A DNA stretch of 64,000 nucleotides. It comes from Octopus vulgaris. Taxonomy: Eukaryota. Positions 1 to 12,131 of the stretch are shown here, piece by piece. Made by a program: the position numbers and the translations under genes. A model generated the notes under the pieces. The model did no database searches and was not told the DNA's origin. It worked only from the letters and a program-made list of their open reading frames with translations. Numbering within the stretch: the first letter of the stretch is position 1; each line of letters begins with the position of its first letter. The stretch lies in NCBI GenBank assembly GCA_951406725.2, contig OX597834.1, positions 44,888,001 through 44,952,000 on the forward strand. Direction: 5' to 3'.

Positions 1-630
1 TAATAAGAAGCGCTATGAGATTTTTTAAAATTTTCTCCTGACACAAACCATTTGCGAATAACGAAGAAAACATGCTCCTCCCCCACCTTATCTTTCCAAA
101 CCCACAAAATGGAGAAACGATTATAACATTTAATTAAATATGTGATACGTTTGTCTGCAAGTAATTTAAGACCCAAAGAAAGATGGAAGCATATAAAAAG
201 TACACAATAACATCAGATAAGAAATATTTCGAAAATACAACGCAAAAATGCTAATTGAACGGTAATGAAATAACAGTACAAAATGAAAAAAATACACACA
301 AAAAAAAGATAATAACTACTAAACCAAAGACAAACCTAATCCCAAATCAAAATCAAAAACACTATCCATCCATTTGTGCGCGCGTATTATTTTAATTAAA
401 TGCCATAATGAAACTACATAATTACTTCGACGTTGGGTTAATTGATATTATTTCCGAAGCAAAATGGATGTAATTGTTAAAATATGGCCTTGCTAAAACC
501 GATAGATTAGGAATAAGGAATTCGATCTCTTCTGACTGTGAGTTATTGATATCCAGTTTTATGATAACGAGAAAGATTAATACAAGAAAAAGACAAGATG
601 AGGATGATGATGGTGATGATGATGATGATG

Positions 631-703
<73 letters not shown>

Positions 704-721
704 TGATGATTTCAATTTTCT

Positions 722-917
722 GCTAAAAGTGCAGCTTGGGGGAGGGGATAATGTCGATTACATCGACCCCCGTGTGTGACTGGAACTTATGTAATCGACC
801 CCGAAAGGATGAAAGGCAAATTCGACCTCCGTATAATTTTAACTCAGGACATAGCGACGGGCGAAACACCGCTAAGCACTTGGTCCAGCGCGATAACGAT
901 TCTGTCAGCTCACCGCC

Positions 918-920
<3 letters not shown>
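722..920 (-). mobile_element. tRNA-derived SINE, family A
   Basis: The reverse strand reads TAAGGCGGTGAGCTGACAG...GAGTTAAAATT...GCCTTTCATCCTTTCGGGGTCGATTA...GGGGTCGATGTAATCGAC. This is homologous to the copies at 7828, 24071 and 32089. Confidence 0.85.
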
Positions 921-984
<64 letters not shown>

Positions 985-1149
985 CAACAACAATACTAAC
1001 ATCGCTACACAATCATGAAATTAAAAACGGTAACGGCTCAATTTTTAAATATTTCATCGTTATTACGTTGTGTGAAACAGAAAAATTAACAGCTTTGCCA
1101 GAATGCATGACGTCACCTGTTGCTATGTAGAATTATGTTAGATGTTTTT

Positions 1150-1425
1150 AGGTTCTGATTTCAAATTCTGAGAGTTCGACATTGCATTTTTGTTCATGCG
1201 GGCTCAACACTATCACTCAAAGGGTGAACTGAAGTATCCTTAGAACATCAGGCAAAACGTTTTGCGGCATTTCATCCGCCTTTGCTTTCTGAGTTTATAT
1301 TCCCACAAAGTTCAAATTTGCATTCCATCCTGTCTGGGTCGATAAAAGAAATTGCGGTAATCGGGGTTGATGTAATCGATTTACCCCTATCTAAACAAAT
1401 GTTGGCCTTGTGCCAAAATTTCAAG
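1150..1425 (+). mobile_element. Two degenerate family A SINE fragments
   Basis: Remnants TTCTGATTTCAAATTCTG...TTCGACATTGC and TTCTGAGTTT...CATCCTGTCTGGGTCGATAAA...GGGGTTGATGTAATCGA. Confidence 0.6.
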
Positions 1426-1495
1426 CAAATGTAATTACCATTCATGTACTTCATGTACTTTTCTAAGAATTTCTCTTGCACCAAGAAAGAAGCTA

Positions 1496-2020
1496 CAGGA
1501 GTTGGACAAAATTATAGAAACACCTTAAAATTTCAAATAAATTCATTTTAATATAGAGTAGGATTACCTTTGGCAGTACTTACAGCTTAGATTCTAAAAG
1601 GTATGGACTCCTACAAAGTTTGAATTAATTCCAAAGGAATTTTTGTCCATTCTTCAGTTCTTGTAGTGATGATGGCGGATATCGACTCCTTACTTGTTTT
1701 TCTAAAATGCACCACAAATGTTCAATAATATTGAGATCCGGGGACTGTGGTGGCCAGATAAAATGTTCAACTTTACTAGAAAGTTCCTTGCACCATTCAG
1801 TAACAATTTTAGCTGTGTGAATTGGTGCATTATCATCCTGAAAGGTTGCGTTTACTTCCAGAAACAGTTCCGCAAACATAGAATGAATTTGCTCAGACAA
1901 AATGCTTAAATAGTCTTCACTATTAATTCTGCTATCAAGGGAAACTATTGGACCGACGGATTTCCAAGCTATAGCCCCCACCCCAGAAAATCACGGATCC
2001 TCCTCCATGTTGGAAAACAG
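1496..2020 (-). mobile_element. Tc1-family DNA transposon relic (3' half, DD36E spacing)
   Basis: ORF 1981-1625 has QDDNAPIH...WPPQSPDLNIIEHLW, and a frameshifted [10 protein letters not shown] lies just upstream. The terminus TA|CAGGAGTTGGACAAAATT at 1494-1513 looks like a Tc1 TIR with a TA target. Confidence 0.9.
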
Positions 2021-2107
2021 GAACTCAACTGTTCGCACGGAATCCAAAACCACAATCAAATGGTCATACGTGCACCTACCGAACAAATAGTCCACGAGCG
2101 CACCCCA

Positions 2108-2182
<75 letters not shown>

Positions 2183-2226
2183 ATATATATATATATATAT
2201 ATAAAGCACACATTCATATATGTATA

Positions 2227-2265
<39 letters not shown>

Positions 2266-2282
2266 AATAGGCATATATATAC

Positions 2283-2335
<53 letters not shown>

Positions 2336-2496
2336 AATGAAGATCATGTTGATTCAAGCTGTCAGTACTGAGTGACCCATTCAGTATAAATTCCTCATTT
2401 TTTTGTTAGTTTGATCAGAAATTGATATTAAAATAATAACCTTCACTTCATATCTATCTATCTGTTTATCTATCTATAAATCTTCAAGCATATATA

Positions 2497-2622
<126 letters not shown>

Positions 2623-3214
2623 CACACACATACACACATATATATGTATATATATATAAATGTAAATATTTGAATATATTATCGGTGACGGCTTTTCTTT
2701 CCAAACATGTTATATTGAAACACGTCTTTGTTCGGATTCAATTTTTTCATTAAAGATAAGGATGTATTAAACACCTCCAATAAAATAAAAAGATTTATCT
2801 TGAACTTATTCGCATCTTCAAAGCTCGCACGCAAACACACATAATGTTTACGTCGTGGCTTTATCGACTTCGAATTTCACCATCAAAAAAGATTATACAC
2901 AAACACACACACACACACATAATACACACACACACACGTATAATATAAATGTATGTATGTATGTATGTATGTATGTATGTATGTATGTATGTATGTATTA
3001 GTGCGTGTGTTTTTGTATATATACGATTGTATGTATGTTTGTATATAAAACTTTTAATGCTTAATATTAATGGCGATTGTAGCTTACGATGTTTTGCCAT
3101 TAAGAATGACTTCGGAAAACATGAATACTCTTATATATAGATAATATATATCCTCGCATTTCTGTTTACATCAACCATAAAGACAGAACTTACAAGTAAA
3201 CAATCGCCATTACT

Positions 3215-3340
3215 ACTTGTTCTTTTATTTTTTCATCTGTTTCAGTCATTTCACTGCGGCCAAGCAGGAGCATCGGCTTTAGTTGAACTAATCGTCCACA
3301 GGTCTTATTCTTTGTGACAAATGTACCCATTCTTTCGGAC
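3215..3340 (-). mobile_element. Family B SINE 3' fragment
   Basis: TGTTTCAGTCATTTCACTGCGGCCAAGCAGGAGCATCGGCTTTAGTTGAAC is the reverse complement of the family B tail at 3780-3830. Confidence 0.7.
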
Positions 3341-3350
3341 AGCGTATATA

Positions 3351-3414
<64 letters not shown>

Positions 3415-3475
3415 ATATATATATATGTAAACTATACATATATATTTGTATATATATTATACATACGTAGACGTA

Positions 3476-3848
3476 GGTGTGGCTGTGTGGTAAGTAGCTT
3501 GCTTACAAACCACATGGGTTCAGTCCCACTGTGTGGCACCTCGGCAAGTGTCTTATACTATAGCCTCGGGCCGATCAAATCCTTGTGAGTGGATTTGGTA
3601 GACGGAAACTGAAAGACGTATGTATATGTATGTATGTATGTCTGTGTTTGGCCCCCACCAACATCGCTTGACAACCGATGCTGGTGTGTTTACGCCCCCG
3701 TAACTTAGAGGTTCGGCAAAGGAGACCGATAGAATAAGTACTAGCGTTACAAAAATAAGTCCTGGTGTCGATTTGCTCGACTAAAGGCGGTGCTCCAGAA
3801 TGGCCACAATTAAATGACTCAAACAAGTAAAAGAGTAAAAGAGTATAA
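3476..3848 (+). mobile_element. tRNA-derived SINE, family B (CORE-like), near full length
   Basis: A box TGGCTGTGTGG, B box GGTTCAGTCCC, a CORE-like GTGGCACCTCGGCAAGTGTCTT segment, an internal TA/TG tract and an AAGTAAAAGAGTAAAAG tail. It matches the copies at 17235 and 22065. Confidence 0.88.
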
Positions 3849-4949
3849 GAGTATACATATATAAATATGTTTATATATATACATATATAAGTGTGTGTGT
3901 GTGTGTGTGTGTGTGTATTAATCATTTGCATGAATCTACATATAACGCTTCGATGAACGTAAGTTGTGATACTCAAGCACTCATCCATGAGTACATTGCA
4001 CTCCAGAAAAGAAACAGCTGTGAGCTAATGAATTTCACAGTATAATTGTTCATTCGTTTGTCATTTCAATTTGTTATTTTAATTACTTCCTCAGATGTGC
4101 AAGAAATTGCTTAGTCGCGACGATGACGACAATGATATCGAGGAAATTGATGATAAAGATGTCGTTGTTTATACGAATGATTATTTCTACCGATGCTGTA
4201 AAAATACAAGTAGCAAAAAGCGAACGCAATCCCAACAAAATGGGGAAAAAAATTAAACGAAGTCGAACACGTCCACCACCTCCATTGTAACAACAGCATT
4301 AATAACAACAGACCAACCCAGATTTCATCCCCGCTCCATGTCTATAACGTAAGCGGCCTCAAATGATATGTAGAGCTGCATGTCTCAGTGTGGGTTTATG
4401 TTGAGGCATGTGCGTGTGTCTGTGTGGATGTTTTATGTATGTGTGTGTGGTGTGCACGATAATGTGTAAGTGTATATGTACGTGTGATTGAGGACAGACG
4501 AGGTGGGTTTAATATGTAGGATTGGTGAATGCGAAAAAGTTATTTTTCATTCAATTTAATTTCAATTCACTTTCATTGAGAAAATTCTTGAGAAAATTTT
4601 CACTTTTTGTCCGATTTAAATAGAAACAAAAAGAAAACAAAAAAGTTTACTGACTTTCTGTGATATTTTTTTTTATACATGGTTTAATCTTTGTCTGTTT
4701 TATATTCTTTATTGCGTTCTTTGTTTGGTTCTTATTTTCTTTCTTTTCTCTTTCTGCATTTGTTATTCTCTTTCCTTTGTTTATTTTAGTCTTCCAACTT
4801 TTCGTTCATTCTTCTTTCATTCTTTCATGCATTGCAGAGATTTCATTTTGTTACATTTTAATTCACATGCAAGCGCAGACACACAACTATATATATATAA
4901 ACAAAAAAGAACATACAAGCATGTATGTATATATATATATATATATATA

Positions 4950-4991
<42 letters not shown>

Positions 4992-5057
4992 AAAAAAGAC
5001 ATACAGGCATGCATGTATATATGTATATATATATATACATGCCTAAGTGCATACATA

Positions 5058-5096
<39 letters not shown>

Positions 5097-5149
5097 ACAC
5101 ACACACACACATGTTATATCCTATCCTTTATCTTTTGTTTCACTAATTA

Positions 5150-5481
5150 GACTTTGGCCATGCTGGGTCTCCACCTTCGAAAATATTTAGTCGAATTAAT
5201 CGACTCAAGTACTTGTTCAGTCGGTTATTTCTGCCGAATCATTAAGTTATGAGGACGTAAACACACCAACATCAGTTGGCAAGTGGTGATGGTGCTGGTG
5301 GATGATCACAGACACACATACACACACACACTTATACTTGCGAGGGGCTTTCATTTTCCGTCTACCAAATCTACTCAGAAAAAACTCGTCAGTCTGAGGC
5401 TATAGTTGAAAACACTATCCCAAGATGAGACTGAACCCGGGTCCATGTGGTTGGGAAGCAAGCGTCTTACCACACAGCCAC
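5150..5481 (-). mobile_element. Family B SINE, diverged
   Basis: The reverse complement of TTCCGTCTACCAAATCTACTCA...ACCACACAGCCAC and GGCCATGCTGG matches family B. Confidence 0.8.
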
Positions 5482-5649
5482 TTCTACAAATGGTGGGAAT
5501 CTCTCGTAGCAAGAGAAAGATGGTTCTGCAATTTCTTGCCGAACGCCGAGCACTATGATTTGTTTATAGTGATTAAATGTGTGTCGTACATTATCTCAAT
5601 CCTTTAGCAATCACCACTGTTTGAATATGAGCACTGTGTGCTGAACATT

Positions 5650-5784
5650 AAGTGTCGAGTTGTCGTGGAGCAAGGGGAAATAGAGTATTTGGATCACGAG
5701 CACAAAGCACCAACAGTTCTACGAATTGAACCAATGATCTTGCCATTGTAAGGGAATAAACCTTAACCACTAGAGCACCCGTCC
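5650..5784 (-). mobile_element. Degenerate tRNA-headed SINE 5' part (family C-like)
   Basis: The reverse strand GCTCTAGTGGTTAAGG...GGTTCAATTC...TTGCTCCA resembles the head of the 11279-11609 element. Confidence 0.45.
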
Positions 5785-5786
5785 TA

Positions 5787-5832
<46 letters not shown>

Positions 5833-6057
5833 ACACCGTTGTAGCTTCCCTTAGCAACTGTTGTGATTATTGTTGATGATATCTCTTATAATTTTATCTG
5901 CACGTTCCTCAATGTGCTGTCATTGCTGCGAACTGCTTATTGTAGACATTGAAATCGTCGTGCGACTTTTACCATTGTCGTTTTTGTTGTACAGTGAATT
6001 GCTGTAATGCGACATTTTTATTGTTGTAATCTGTGCTTTGCCTTGTTTTATCTATAA

Positions 6058-6272
6058 CCGTTTTCCATTCAGATCATTTTGTCAGTTTTGACGTTTATTT
6101 ACATCCATTCATTTGATTTAATCATGCATTATATCTTAGCTTTGAGATTTCAATGGTGTGGTTGTTTTTCAACATGACATTGAAGGCTAGGAGTGAAAAG
6201 TCGAATCTAGCCCCTTTGAACATAAAACATGGAATATTTGGGCCTAATATGACCGGTTTAAATGCTAAAAGG
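6058..6272. mobile_element. Degenerate TTAA-flanked (piggyBac-type) MITE
   Basis: The right end ...AATGCTAAAAGG|TTAA and the left end ATAA|CCGTTTTCCATTCAG are imperfect inverted CC-initial termini. Confidence 0.45.
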
Positions 6273-6721
6273 TTAAGCCTAGAAGGAAGACTATATTCAT
6301 CATCCACTGCTGGACATCTCCGCCGGTACGATCTTAGGTATTCGAGAAACAGAAAAGCCAAATGCTTGTAACAGAAAGGACTTCCCCGAAAGAACCCAAA
6401 GTATAGGGTAAATGTGTTTACCTGGTGACAAATTAAGTGTAGAAGCCAAGAGGTTGCTACATTGGTGGCAATTGAACACAAAAGGTAAAGGACTGGAGCG
6501 TATACCACAAATAACCCAGCATGTATAGGAACGTAGAGGATGAAACGTAATCGTAACCTTGATATGATTTGATCTCGCGGTGAAGTTTCGAAATAAAATC
6601 TTAGAAGCATTTTGTTCGATCTTCTAACGGGTCTCTCGATACGAATGTGGCCTTTGTGTTGCGATCACTTTTAGTGTTGTGTCTTCTTTCGCGAGGCTGC
6701 AGTCCTTTTTGTGCTGAGCTG

Positions 6722-6777
<56 letters not shown>

Positions 6778-7074
6778 AACAACAGCTGCTACTGCTACTG
6801 CTGCTGATGCTGATGTTGGTGATGATGAAGTTGATGATAGTGTTATTACTGACACTTGTAATGCTTCTACTACTACACTACTATACCTAGAACAACAACA
6901 GATATTACTACTACTACTAATGCTACTACCACTACTACTACTGCTGCTGCTGCTGCTACTACTACTACTACTGCTGCTGTTACTACTGACACTTGTAGAA
7001 TCACGAATAATAATACCGCTGCTGTTGCTGCTGCATGTACCGCTAACACTTCAGCTGTTGCTGCGAAGATGACT

Positions 7075-7149
<75 letters not shown>
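6722..7149. repeat. (CTA)n/(CTG)n trinucleotide arrays
   Basis: CTA runs at 6722-6777 and 7075-7149, with mixed CTA/CTG between them. Confidence 0.9.
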
Positions 7150-7444
7150 GTTATTTTGCCTTTTCTTCTCATCATTACTGGGTTAAATTTTTCCCCCCAC
7201 AACAAAATAAAGTGCCAAACAGGAGAAAGAAATAGATACAAAAAAAAAAAACACACGAGTAGAAAGTAGATAAACATTTCAATTAAAATCTGAGGAAAAC
7301 GATCAGATAAAAAGGAAACCCTCGCCGAAAGACAATCCGTTGTTTGCCTCCGATTATAACCTCCCACACCAGGAAATAAATAAGTAAATTAAAGATAGAA
7401 GGGGACATGCAACTTTGCAAGACGAAAGTGCTCATAATTAAGAT

Positions 7445-7681
7445 TAGATATCTAATTATCTAATTAAGTAATCAACTAATTATCTAGGGGCTAGATTATA
7501 TAATTAATGGGAGTGATCAACGGTTGAATGCCTTGCCTTAGCAGAAAGAGATTTTTTTGTAGTGTAATTAAATATTTTTATATTTATTTATTATTGATAA
7601 TTGTTTTGAATAGTTTACTGTACTCTTCCTGTAGAATTCTCCTCACCCGACGCTCCTCTGGAAAATAAAAGCAATGGTCGT
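7445..7681 (+). repeat. Interspersed repeat (LINE 3'-end-like), copy 1
   Basis: About 230 bp homologous to the reverse complement of 8781-9006. It ends in ...CTCTGGAAAATAAAA. Confidence 0.7.
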
Positions 7682-7736
7682 TTTCGTCGTAGTCCTCCTC
7701 ATTATTATTGTTATTACTGTTGTTGTAGAGTTGTTT

Positions 7737-7767
<31 letters not shown>

Positions 7768-7824
7768 ACTACTACTACTACTACTACTATTGTCAAGGCA
7801 GCCACCCGGTAGAATTGCTAGTAC

Positions 7825-8243
7825 TGAAGGCGGCGAGCTGGCAGACACGTTAGCACACCGGACGAAATGCGTGGCCGTATTTCGTCTGCCGTTATGTTCT
7901 GAGTTCAAATTCCGCCGAGGTCGACTTTGCCTTTCATCCTTTCGGGGACGATTAAATAAGTACCAGTTATGCACTGGGGTCGATATAATCGACTTAATCC
8001 GTTTGTCTGTCCTTGTTTGTCCTCTCTGTGCTTAACCATTTGTGGGTAGTAAAGAAATAGGTATTTTTTCTATCTTTTCGTTCTGAGTTCAAATTCCGCC
8101 GAGGTCGGCTTTGCCTTTCATCCTTTCGGGGTTGATAAATTAGGTACCAATTACGCACTGGGGTCGATGTAATCGACTTAACCCCTTTGTCTGTCCTTGC
8201 TTGTCCCCTCTATGTTTAGCTCCTTGTGGGCAATAAAGAAATA
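7825..8243 (+). mobile_element. Family A SINE tandem dimer (full-length plus 5'-truncated) with 14-bp TSD
   Basis: Head GGCGGCGAGCTGGCAG with B box GAGTTCAAATTCC. The second unit restarts at about 8078. The direct repeat AGAATTGCTAGTAC occurs at 7811-7824 and 8244-8257. Confidence 0.9.
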
Positions 8244-8257
8244 AGAATTGCTAGTAC

Positions 8258-8430
8258 GCCGGACAAAACACTTAGCAGCATCTCTTCTGGTTTTACGATT
8301 TGAGTTTAAATTTCACTGAGTTCGACTTTGCATTTCGGGTCAATAAGATTAGTAATAGTTAAGCAATGGAGCCGATGAAGTCAATTCGTCCTCTCCCACC
8401 AAAACTGCAGAACTTGTGCCTATAGTAGAT
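8258..8430 (+). mobile_element. Older family A-related SINE interrupted by the dimer
   Basis: 7793-7824 (CAAGGCAGCCACCCGGTAGAATTGCTAGTAC) joins 8258 onward (GCCGGACAAAACACTTAGC...GAGTTTAAATTTC...TTCGACTTTGC) to rebuild a diverged copy. Confidence 0.7.
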
Positions 8431-8780
8431 CGAATTATATAGAGATATATTTTTAAGACTGGGAGCTAGCAGATATAGTATGATGTTGTTTAGTTCCAGA
8501 CCTCGGAAGGAGGCTATCAGAAGAATAATTACCAGCAAAAACGAGAAGCCCCACAGCTGATGACCCGGTTGTATATTCTACTGTTTTCTTTGGAACAACA
8601 GTCACAATTCCGGAAACAAGTGAAATCACGTGGTATTGTGTAACACAAAAACCAGGGGCCGACAACGACACTGAATATAGAAATGTCACCTCCTCTTGTG
8701 TTGTGTTGTTGTGTAAAAAGTTGGAGAAGCATATGTTATATATATATATATATATATATATTCGTTTTTGCGTAATTTAG

Positions 8781-9006
8781 ACGACAAATTATTTATTTGC
8801 CACAGGGGCATTAGATAAGGATGATTTCACAGGAACGGTACAGTAAAGCAATTATCAGTAATAAGTAAAAATAAAAGTAATTAATTACACTACAAAAACC
8901 CTTTCAGTTAAGGCAGGGCTTTAAACCTTTGACCACTCCCATTAATTATATAATCTAACCCATAGATAATTATTTGATTAGTTAATTAGATAATTAGGTA
9001 GCTAAC
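8781..9006 (-). repeat. Interspersed repeat (LINE 3'-end-like), copy 2, inverted relative to copy 1
   Basis: TTAATTACACTACAAAAA...CACTCCCATTAATTATATAATCTA...TTAATTAGATAATTAG is the reverse complement of 7445-7572. Confidence 0.7.
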
Positions 9007-9195
9007 GTGCCACTTATATATATATATGTATATATATGCCTGTGTGCGTATGTGTTTGTGTGTTTCTGTGTGTGTATGTAGAAGTTTGAAACACACGCGT
9101 TGATATCAAAAAGGAAAATAAGACAAGGTAGAAAAAGCTAAAATAAGTTTATCCCGAAGAAGATTTTAATACCAGTTTCAGTTTTTGCAACTTTT

Positions 9196-9394
9196 GTATG
9201 TATGTATGTATGTATGTATGTATGTATGTATGTATGTATGTATGTATGTATGCATGCATGCATGTATGTATGTATGTATGTATGTATGTATGTATGTATG
9301 TATGTATGTATGTATGTATGCATGCATGCATGTATGTATGTATGTATGTATGTATGTATGCATGCATGTATGTATGTATATATATATATGTGTG

Positions 9395-9428
<34 letters not shown>
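9196..9428. repeat. (TATG)n/(TA)n/(GA)n compound microsatellite
   Basis: Seen directly in the sequence. Confidence 0.95.
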
Positions 9429-9430
<2 letters not shown>

Positions 9431-9774
9431 AAACATACTTAGAAAAGGTTGCGTGGCGTTCGATCATATAATAATATAAATAATATATATAAATATATGC
9501 ATATATACATACATATATGTAAATAACTACATATATATGTATATATACATGCATATATGGGTACAGGACATCCGAAAAAAAGAAAACATTGATCACAATG
9601 AGAAGCGAACACATAAAAACAAAAAACATAGAAACGAACATTTTTTCGAATAAGAAAGAAACAAACATACAACATAAAAAGTATTCCTCTTCTTCAGTTA
9701 TCCCTGTTTCATCTACTCTGCGTTTCCAAAGTAATGAAATCTTATATTATTTTGTTTATCGGTATATATACATA

Positions 9775-9825
<51 letters not shown>

Positions 9826-10135
9826 TAATTATGTTAGTGCCGTACACGTGCATTCTCAGGCGGCCCACGAAATATTCTTAAATGTAATAACGTAAACATT
9901 CTACATTATTCTATTTGAACTTATTTCATTTCATTTTATTTAATTTCATTGCATTTCATTTCCTCGAAAAATTTGAAGACATTCTCTATGTGGATATAAA
10001 TAAAGCAAGGAACAATTCCTTCATTTCTTCTAACTAACTTCGTTATTGTTTCCGATATACAATTTCTGCATTCTACCTAAAAGTCTCTATTCCTTATAAT
10101 CATATGCATACACTCAAGCATAAACACACACGTCA

Positions 10136-10290
<155 letters not shown>

Positions 10291-10923
10291 TATAAATACA
10301 CCAATACACACACATACACACACACACACATATATATATATACACATGCAACAAATATTCACATGCAGCCATGAATAAAAGGAGGGAAACAGAGCAAATG
10401 TACTGGTTGGCATCATAGATTTCCACGACCAAAAAAAAAGTGTATATCAGTCTAATACACACTTACACACGCAGTCTAATGCACACTTACACACGCACAG
10501 ATAAACCTACACACATATATATGCACACACACACAAATACACAGACGTACGCGTGCACACATATCACACGCACTTTGTGGTTATTGTAGGCAATGTATGA
10601 AGGAGGACCGAGGAAGCAAACGGTGGATGGCAGAACGAAAACTTAATTCTTATCTCTAGTTCTATTACAATAATGCAATTTTCTCCTATTTCCTTCCAGT
10701 TATTCAAAAGTTCCTCGACGGATCCATCCGGGCATTCTTCTTTTTCTCCTAAGATTCAATATTCTATTTCGCGAAAGTTTAGTCTGGGGATCATTATTCC
10801 CGATATCTATTCTATAATTCTTCGAACGAAGAGGTGTGGCGACAACGGCAAAACAAAGCAGACACGTCTTGTTGTGTCTGAGTGTCTGCTGACAGCGCTG
10901 TGTGTGAGTGCGTGTATGTGTAA

Positions 10924-10954
<31 letters not shown>

Positions 10955-11109
10955 TGTGTGTGCGTGTGTGTATGGTTGTTCTTGATGGTGTTGTGTATTT
11001 TCTTTTGCCTATTGTTCGGTTAGTGAAATTCACTTCTCTTTATGTTAATTTTCTCTTTCATAAAAATATACCGCCACAAAAACATTGTATGTAATTATGA
11101 GTGTACGTA

Positions 11110-11181
<72 letters not shown>

Positions 11182-11233
11182 TATATAGACATACATATAA
11201 ATACACATATATGAAAACAGCAATATATATATA

Positions 11234-11276
<43 letters not shown>

Positions 11277-11278
11277 AT

Positions 11279-11609
11279 GACCCCCTTCGGTCATGAATGA
11301 CCATGGGATTGCACCTAGAAAGTTACCCTCCTAGACACAAGTCCGGGCAAGGTTGTTTATGGAAGACCAGCAGTCGCCCATGCATACCAGCCTCCCCTCT
11401 CCACGCCACCAGTGTTATCCAAGGGAAAGACAAAGGTCGATACAGCTTGGCACCAGAGACGTCGCAACTCATTTCTACAGCTGAGTGAACTGGAGCAACG
11501 TGAAATAAAGTGCTTTGCTCAAGAACACAACACGCAGCCCGGTCCGGGATTCGAGCTCACAACCTCACGATCGTAAGCTCGACGCTCTAACCACTGAGCC
11601 ATGCGCCTT
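11279..11609 (-). mobile_element. tRNA(Arg-like)-derived SINE, family C, full length
   Basis: The reverse strand GGCGCATGGCTCAGTGGTTAGAGCGTCGAGCTTACGATCGTGAGGTTGTGAGCTCGAATCCCGG has A and B boxes and an ACG anticodon-like loop. It is followed by a CTTGAGCAAAGCACTT...CACTCAGCTGTAGAAATGAG central block and a unique tail. Confidence 0.82.
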
Positions 11610-11621
11610 ATATATATATAT

Positions 11622-11812
11622 ATAATCCAAACAAGAAAGCACATAAAAACAACAACGCGAGGACGTGGAACAAATATAGTATTATTGAACGCTCAGGAAA
11701 GAAGGAAAGAAGGAGGGTCGAACGTTTCGAGCGGAGCTCTTCGTCGGAAACATAGGAGAAGGAAAGATCCAGAGAAGGGAAGACAGAGGGGAAAAAATCG
11801 CCAACGGCACAC
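11622..11812 (-). mobile_element. Short repeat with hammerhead-like motif (PLE pLTR-like, family H1)
   Basis: The reverse strand reads GTTT-CCGACGA-A-GAGC-TCC-GCTC-GAAACGTT. The flank TTGTTCCACGTCCTCGCGTTGTTG matches 61678-61702. Confidence 0.7.
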
Positions 11813-11907
11813 ACGATGTCACACGTGTATATGTATGTACAAATCTGTGTATATGCATATGAATGTATAAGTGTGTATGTGGAGGCAGATATATAACATG
11901 CGCGAAC

Positions 11908-11976
<69 letters not shown>

Positions 11977-12090
11977 TATATATATATTTATATATATCTC
12001 TCAATAAATCTCTCTCAATATGTATATAAATATATGTACCTATACGTGTGTGTAGATAGGTGCATACATATGCTTCCTAATATTTATGCA

Positions 12091-12131
<41 letters not shown>

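Noticed and set aside
6280-6650. 162-aa reverse ORF and a DVQQW peptide like an RTE C-terminus
   Set aside because: Only a 5-residue resemblance, with no supporting RT-tail motifs in frame.
8453-8732. Unique sequence with short ORFs on both strands
   Set aside because: No recognisable motif and no convincing pair of splice sites.
10448-10497. 24-bp tandem duplication (a similar 16-bp one is at 18042-18077)
   Set aside because: Ordinary slippage duplications. With two units and no spacers, they are not CRISPR-like.
11535-11609. tRNA gene call for the tRNA-like heads (also 13325-13395)
   Set aside because: The acceptor and anticodon stems do not pair, and the heads continue into SINE bodies.
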